Below, piece by piece: positions 27,901-32,519 of a stretch of 32,519 nucleotides of DNA. Source of the DNA: Chitinophagales bacterium (lineage in GTDB: Bacteria > Bacteroidota > Bacteroidia > Chitinophagales > Chitinophagaceae); contig JBIOGX010000001.1 in NCBI GenBank assembly GCA_044448445.1, positions 1-32,519 of the forward strand. The letters are read 5' to 3'. The translations under genes were made by a program, and so were the position numbers. Position 1 is the stretch's first letter; each line of letters starts with the position of its first letter. The notes under the pieces are model-generated. The model did not search any database and was not told where the DNA came from. It was given only the letters and a program-made list of their open reading frames with translations.

Positions 27901-30459
27901 GCCGGCGACAATATCCCATGGGTTACCAAGATCAGTTTCCCATATACCCCGCCCAAAAGTGGATACCCGCAATTTTTTTGCACAATAATTAAACTCCATA
28001 TCGGTTATATTGCATGCAGGCAATCCATCATTAAAACATTCCCATGTAATACCGTAAAAAGGAGTATCTGCAGGGTTAAATGTGCTGAAATCACAATAAT
28101 AAACACCTAAAGCAGTGGCACAGTAAAGCTGGTCGTTGCTGCCATGCCTGTACTTTATTTTATTTACAGCAAGTGGTGGCAGGCCGCGCGATACATCACA
28201 CCAGTTTTGACCGTAATTTGGCGAATATAATAAACGGTTATGCCTGTATTGAGCGGAATCTTTAAAATGCCCCCAGTCAGCGCCGCCAAGCGCCACCCAT
28301 ATTCTACCTGGCTGCTGTGGGTCTGTTTCTATATTTTCTATCGGCCACCATTGAACTTGACTTGGCGTTATATTTGTCCAGTTCGGATTTGATGAAGTTG
28401 CCTGAGAGGTAAGAAATAGTTTCGGATTAGTAGTAGGACCACCGTATGCCATATCGCGGTAAGCCACATATACCATGTCAGTATCTGGTTCAGCAATACA
28501 TATAGAATTTACTTTGGGGCAATTACTCATATTAATTGGGTCATTACTACGAGTACCAAATAAATCATTCCACGTAACACCGAAATCGGTTGATTTCCAT
28601 ACCGTCCGCTCACCTATATACAGGTTATTGTTTTTGTCCACGTACCAGGGACGGATATTATTGTTTAGGTTGCTCCAGTAAGCTTCATTGCATGTATCGC
28701 CCGGGTCATTAACCCCAAAATACGTATCAGTACTTGTAGAAAAGTCAATTCCACCTAATTGAAATTCCGGTGATGATGGACTTCCGGGCTCTATATATTC
28801 ATAAATTCCTTTCTTTACTCCATTCCCTGCAAATATTGGGATTTGGCTATCACTCGAAAAAACACTATTCCATTGAGAAGGCCTGTTCTTCCTGTAGGTA
28901 AACGCGCCATTATCCTGCGCCCCACCCATCATCAGGTCATCTTCACCTTCCATATTGCTCATGCCAAAAAATTGGGTAATGCACAGGCTATCTCCTGTAA
29001 TGCTTTCAAAGTTTGGATTACCGTATCTCTTTTTTACCACGCCTCCATCTGTTGCCCCATATAGCACATCATTGATCCCATTTGTTGAGGTAGTTGGAGC
29101 ATATAACGTGATATACCTTGCATCAGCATGAGTGCTTCCCTGTATGCCACCGGTGCCGCCATAATACTGAAAATCAGTGCCTCCGTTTACTGATTGATAA
29201 AAATTTTCACCACCATTGTGTAGCGTACAATACATAATTTGTGGATTTACCGGATTTACAACTAAGTACTGCATACTCCAGGATACCGTATCTGTCCCGG
29301 ACATAAACCAAAATACATTATTGCTTATTACTGATATATTAGCAGGGGAAAGAGGTGTTTTTATTAGATGTTGATGTTCATTCTTTACTTCTGCAAACAT
29401 ATATACTGTATCTGTCGCAGACAGGGAAATATCGTCAATACCGGTTATTATATCCCCGGCAGCGGGCATGGTGACATTTAAATTCGTCCAGGCTGTAGTT
29501 GCGGTATCATAAGTCCAAAGGTGGGCAGTATCATCTGCGGCATTGGTACTAAAAACAACTTTACCCGGGCTTGCTATAGTAAACTCCATATCTGAAATCA
29601 GGCTATCAATACCCAGCGTGGGTGTAATATTTTGCCATGCAGCCGATGAGTTTGGCTTCACTAAAATAGTACTCTTTTGACCCGTGGAGTCACTTAAATA
29701 AGCAAATAATTTTTCAGTGCCAGGCATATACATCATTTTCAAATGAGGTTGGCCGGTGAAATACGAAAAGCCCGCAAGACTATTAAACGCGGCATCAAAA
29801 TACCAATGATCACCGCTATCATTGGAATAAGCAGCGCCTATGCCCATTCCACTCCAGTCTGCGAGGTAAACGTAAATATTGTTACTGTTGAGGGGATCAA
29901 CGGCAAGGCTTACCATACCCATAGTACCCGGTATTTGATTGCCGGTATAACCCACACTGATGCCATCGCTGATATTATGCCATGTCAGCCCGCCGTTCCT
30001 GCTTTTCCACAGCCCGCCATACGTTGCAGCAAGTATATAATTGGTATCTGTGGGGCATACCCAAACACTATTAGCCCTACCCTGGTTTTCGTAGCCGCCA
30101 TAATTATTATTAAAGGGCCCCAGGCATTTCCAGTTGCCCCCGCCGCCTATGCAGTAGGCGTCAGGCTGCATGATAACGCTCATCGTGGTTCTGGCGGCAG
30201 GCAGCCACGCTTCTGAATCGGCAGGTGCGTTACCGCAAAAATATTTTGCCATAAAAGATGCCCTGCGTGTAAATTCGTTTACCTCGCTTCCCTCCGAAGT
30301 ATCAGTTGGGTGGGCGGCTCGTAATTGCTGTTGCTTGGCCAGAACTGCCTGCGGGTAAGTCATTGCAGGCATGTTGTATCTTAGCGCCGAATCAACTAAA
30401 GTTTGCGCATGGAGTATGCCCACATTCATTAGCAGGCATAAAAGTGCTATCTTTTTCAT
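24997..30459 (-). CDS. 1820-aa secreted protein: BNR/VPS10-like beta-propellers, beta-helix region, helical region, T9SS type A CTD
   Basis: Signal peptide, Asp-box repeats (SRNGGLTW, SNDSGDHW, SVNGGTDF, STDFGVTW, SPNYGQNW), STFGRGIWE, beta-helix-like N/S/F-rich turns, and CTD VYPNPANG...GVYFY. Confidence 0.88.
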   Translation of the reverse strand: MKKIALLCLLMNVGILHAQTLVDSALRYNMPAMTYPQAVLAKQQQLRAAHPTDTSEGSEVNEFTRRASFMAKYFCGNAPADSEAWLPAARTTMSVIMQPDAYCIGGGGNWKCLGPFNNNYGGYENQGRANSVWVCPTDTNYILAATYGGLWKSRNGGLTWHNISDGISVGYTGNQIPGTMGMVSLAVDPLNSNNIYVYLADWSGMGIGAAYSNDSGDHWYFDAAFNSLAGFSYFTGQPHLKMMYMPGTEKLFAYLSDSTGQKSTILVKPNSSAAWQNITPTLGIDSLISDMEFTIASPGKVVFSTNAADDTAHLWTYDTATTAWTNLNVTMPAAGDIITGIDDISLSATDTVYMFAEVKNEHQHLIKTPLSPANISVISNNVFWFMSGTDTVSWSMQYLVVNPVNPQIMYCTLHNGGENFYQSVNGGTDFQYYGGTGGIQGSTHADARYITLYAPTTSTNGINDVLYGATDGGVVKKRYGNPNFESITGDSLCITQFFGMSNMEGEDDLMMGGAQDNGAFTYRKNRPSQWNSVFSSDSQIPIFAGNGVKKGIYEYIEPGSPSSPEFQLGGIDFSTSTDTYFGVNDPGDTCNEAYWSNLNNNIRPWYVDKNNNLYIGERTVWKSTDFGVTWNDLFGTRSNDPINMSNCPKVNSICIAEPDTDMVYVAYRDMAYGGPTTNPKLFLTSQATSSNPNWTNITPSQVQWWPIENIETDPQQPGRIWVALGGADWGHFKDSAQYRHNRLLYSPNYGQNWCDVSRGLPPLAVNKIKYRHGSNDQLYCATALGVYYCDFSTFNPADTPFYGITWECFNDGLPACNITDMEFNYCAKKLRVSTFGRGIWETDLGNPWDIVAGGDTITTNTTWTTDKYITGAIVIEPGAELDMNSITVHMPKNGVIIVEPGGKLVVNGSKITNECEGCMWFGIEALGNGGTFSPQNDFAHHARVQITNSVIENARYAVSNCDRWNSDTATGGAIWATNSVFLNNHVSVSFYGYHNYDVSGLHDNLSGFSNCTFLLDNGYKGNSWGYPFWYHSFLSDVDGVAFSGCQFLNRYTTTADNRFGEGIHAVDGGGFYVARYCSGYASAGTGSCIGGSWIPSRFSGFGNAISIQGVYSADIPISIDQADFDSCSVGVNVSAENNTSTTLCNFKIGHGVPMTDITEDSTNCGQNIGILIQNAYNFRMEGNNFIGSPPQTTYWHNFGAVVANTCTSIFQQNKVYLNSFDSLTYGVYAIGENRTTGGGFTTGLQVLCNTFGTDYTDIQVAPDGLIGQGIAQYQGGYTGGAYITAGNTFSNSTNRFINNSGAINYYYDTSNATAENPHLSSPNIATATNYTKSCSSTLNTGGSTGLPVRIDPGVLETYKGAFFSNKEAWRDSMETYNSLIDMGGLTYDLISAIDTTTDSASLALLYDTCISHSPYLSQAVVQEFFNVSKWPDSEVVSLLVLNPDNLHNGDFLAAMVNYYTGVDIQNDYTTDYTDTVLNAAQRTTPRTSLEAAINISVMAACDDANVIMMSLRTCLDTAVSVNDTTGAGICTDSTSVYYMRDSNSYYFGLDSLDTWVQNLKGFWPQNDRVGYYNYRGQYDVADSIFQSLNPNNAVQQVGTGTDSTQGTDTTQQNNMGNTAQGGNTNVNNADQAYAKIWKVLYKAEKDGRNILRLDSMEIAKLDTTSVPVFTPFIGQQLLRNVTVNLTSVSSGVFSSPPYTVPCILSNASNYRTAPPPPKKPVAGNLNTPVDGIKKKAGDQFTVYPNPANGTVTFAYNIPQANGDIRIVVTNILGEKVMELHTGNNTGKSYWDASHQPTGVYFYQANSEKSMISKGKIVVAR

Positions 30460-30554
30460 ATAGTGTGTGATTTAGAAAATTTCTATTTTACTGTTATTGT
30501 AAAAATGTTTCGTACCTACACAACTCCACCTCTCCTTCGGAGCAGGGTGAGGTC

Positions 30555-32162
30555 TTATTGTATCAATATTTTTTCAGTAATTCTGTAACCACCATCACTT
30601 ACCACTTGCACATAATATACTCCCTTAGCCCAGCCGCTCACATTGATCGTTATTCCTTTTTTGTTTAAAGGTATTTTCCCAGCAAAAATTTCCCTACCCA
30701 ATAAATCATTGATAATAAGATTGTACTCATATTGCTCATTGGTAACTTCTATAGTCAATAGTTCATCCGCAGGATTTGGAAACATAACAACATTACCTTT
30801 TTGCTTTTCTATATTATTTACGGCAGTTGCCCATGGTGCAAAAACAGCAAGAAAAGCGTCAACTGAAGGAAAAGAACCATAAGACATAAGCGAAGAAAAA
30901 GAGCCGTTGTTTTCACTGTAAAAACCTCCCGCCATAACAAAACCATTTGATAATGAGTAAACCATTGTACCCTTATCATATCCCAAACTCCCAAGCACTT
31001 TTGCATTTAAGAAATTACCTGCGCTGTCCGCATGAACTAACCAAGCATCACCATTCAGTACATCATAAACAGTATCTATCTCCCCGCCTTGCCCATTAGA
31101 TAAGCCGTTTATCCAGATGCTTCCATCTGTAGCTTTACAAATAGACATAGGGTATGGGTTACCGCCTCCACCATAACTATTGTCCCATAAAATATTATTA
31201 CTGCTATCCACTTCCAAAACCCAGTAATCATAATTTCCGGTATTATGATGCACATCTCCATCGGTAGAATTGCTACTGTTAGCTAACAGCACACCTCCCT
31301 TACCATCTGCTGTTCCCCATCCATTTTCTCCATCATAAGCGCTTCCGCCCAAATCGTGGTGCCATAAAATATTGCCATTACTATCCAGCCTTGCAAGATA
31401 GGCATCTGGGCCTGCTGGCCCTCCCGGTACACTGCCGTGATAACCGGTACAATCATAATCATCAGAATTAGTACTACCAAAAATGTAGCACCCTCCTGCC
31501 GGCCCTGGGATAACAGAAAAAACCGCTTCATCATAAGTACCACCTACAACAATGCTCCATACTTTATTACCGTTACTATCCACCTTTAACACCCAAATAT
31601 CATCATGTCCCAAACTGCCATAGTGAATGAGTACATTTGTATCTGTACGATTAGATAATCCTGCCATTATGAATCCCCCATCATCAGTTGAGATCATATC
31701 GCTTAAACCGCCACCATTTCCCTTGCTGTAATTATGACTCCAAACAACATTCCCAAGCACATCTTCTTTACATATCAGAAAACCTCCAGAAATGCCATGA
31801 ATAAATTCACCACCTAAAACAAGACCGCCATCATTAGCGGGAAACATATACATAAAAGCACTATCGCCACCGTTACCGTAACATTTAGACCATTCAAGTA
31901 CACTGGCATCTGCATTGTACTTTAAAAAAATAGACCTATACCCACTCAAAATGCAAAAGGAATCTATGTTCCCGGTACCTACCGTAGAGTTTGATCCTAC
32001 CTGTATTATAAATCCTCCATCCTGAGTTTTGATAACATGAGTTGCTACCTGGTCATCACCATTTCCACCATAACCTTTTAAAGAAAGCATGGTAGGCTCC
32101 TGCGCATATATACTTGTAGCACAAGAAAAAAGAATAAAGAGAGAAGTAAAAAACGTTTTCAT
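30555..32162 (-). CDS. Secreted beta-propeller repeat protein with T9SS type A CTD
   Basis: Signal peptide, repeated D.WVLKVDS.GN..W....GG...D units, and CTD MFPNPADE...KGVYYVQ. Confidence 0.88.
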   Translation of the reverse strand: MKTFFTSLFILFSCATSIYAQEPTMLSLKGYGGNGDDQVATHVIKTQDGGFIIQVGSNSTVGTGNIDSFCILSGYRSIFLKYNADASVLEWSKCYGNGGDSAFMYMFPANDGGLVLGGEFIHGISGGFLICKEDVLGNVVWSHNYSKGNGGGLSDMISTDDGGFIMAGLSNRTDTNVLIHYGSLGHDDIWVLKVDSNGNKVWSIVVGGTYDEAVFSVIPGPAGGCYIFGSTNSDDYDCTGYHGSVPGGPAGPDAYLARLDSNGNILWHHDLGGSAYDGENGWGTADGKGGVLLANSSNSTDGDVHHNTGNYDYWVLEVDSSNNILWDNSYGGGGNPYPMSICKATDGSIWINGLSNGQGGEIDTVYDVLNGDAWLVHADSAGNFLNAKVLGSLGYDKGTMVYSLSNGFVMAGGFYSENNGSFSSLMSYGSFPSVDAFLAVFAPWATAVNNIEKQKGNVVMFPNPADELLTIEVTNEQYEYNLIINDLLGREIFAGKIPLNKKGITINVSGWAKGVYYVQVVSDGGYRITEKILIQ

Positions 32163-32199
32163 TTCAATAGTTTGTTACATAAAATTACGGTTTAATAAA

Positions 32200-32264
32200 T
32201 GCTAAGATATAAAAAATCTTAGTAATTGCTAAGAATTTAAAAATTATCTTTTTATTTCTTAGCA
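32200..32264. promoter_or_regulatory. Candidate operator array (four TGCTAAGA half-sites in alternating orientation)
   Basis: TGCTAAGA 32200-32207, TCTTAGTA 32217-32224, TGCTAAGA 32227-32234 and TCTTAGCA 32257-32264. Confidence 0.5.
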
Positions 32265-32267
32265 GCC

Positions 32268-32519
32268 ATGCCTTCTGTGGGAAAAACAAAGTTTGAAATT
32301 GCTGTTATCGAAAAAGTAACAGAAATGCGTCGTCAAAAAGGTTTTTCTCAAGAATACATTGCTGCAATATTAAATACAACTAAAGGCTTTATAGGGCAGG
32401 TTGAAAGTCAAAATCATCCAAGCAAATACAATTTAAATCATCTCAATAAACTAGCTTACGAAATGGGCTGCTCTCCTAAAGAATTTATGCCAAATGATCC
32501 CATACCTGCTGATAATTGG
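32268..32519 (+). CDS. XRE-family helix-turn-helix transcriptional regulator; 3'-truncated, absent from the ORF track
   Basis: Manual translation: MPSVGKTKFEIAVIEKVTEMRRQKGFSQEYIAAILNTTKGFIGQVESQNHPSKYNLNHLNKLAYEMGCSPKEFMPNDPIPADNW, open to the window end. Confidence 0.88.
   Translation, partial: MPSVGKTKFEIAVIEKVTEMRRQKGFSQEYIAAILNTTKGFIGQVESQNHPSKYNLNHLNKLAYEMGCSPKEFMPNDPIPADNW

Noticed and set aside
24991-30358. Plus-strand ORFs of 60-157 aa inside the 1820-aa gene
   Set aside because: Antisense shadows with no recognisable motifs.
1-32519. tRNA, rRNA, transposase, integrase, prophage or defence genes
   Set aside because: No cloverleaf, rRNA motif, DDE/HUH/tyrosine-recombinase or phage protein was recognised. 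Small RNAs cannot be excluded without covariance searches.

Overview
Bacteroidota chromosomal window, probably Chitinophagaceae-like (inferred from T9SS C-terminal domains, TAnnTTTG -7 promoters and gene content). The left part is a Kdo/LPS-sugar neighbourhood: a 5'-truncated transaldolase-CBS fusion, a divergent KdsC-like HAD phosphatase, kdsB, a GT-C glycosyltransferase, a YhcH/NanQ protein, sdaA and kdsA. The middle holds RNA-modification and housekeeping genes (rlmI, rlmK, trhO, tsaE, Smr protein, rdgB, hbd, pth, pruA). There are four T9SS-secreted proteins and a 3'-truncated XRE regulator missing from the ORF track. Intergenic DNA is rich in 8-bp-period tandem arrays and short palindromic REP-like elements. 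No tRNA, rRNA, CRISPR array or transposase was seen. The best candidate for a new system is the transaldolase/FSA domain fused to KdsD-type CBS domains directly upstream of the kdsC-like gene and kdsB, which may be a KdsD-independent route to arabinose 5-phosphate. All family calls come from motif recognition, not database searches.
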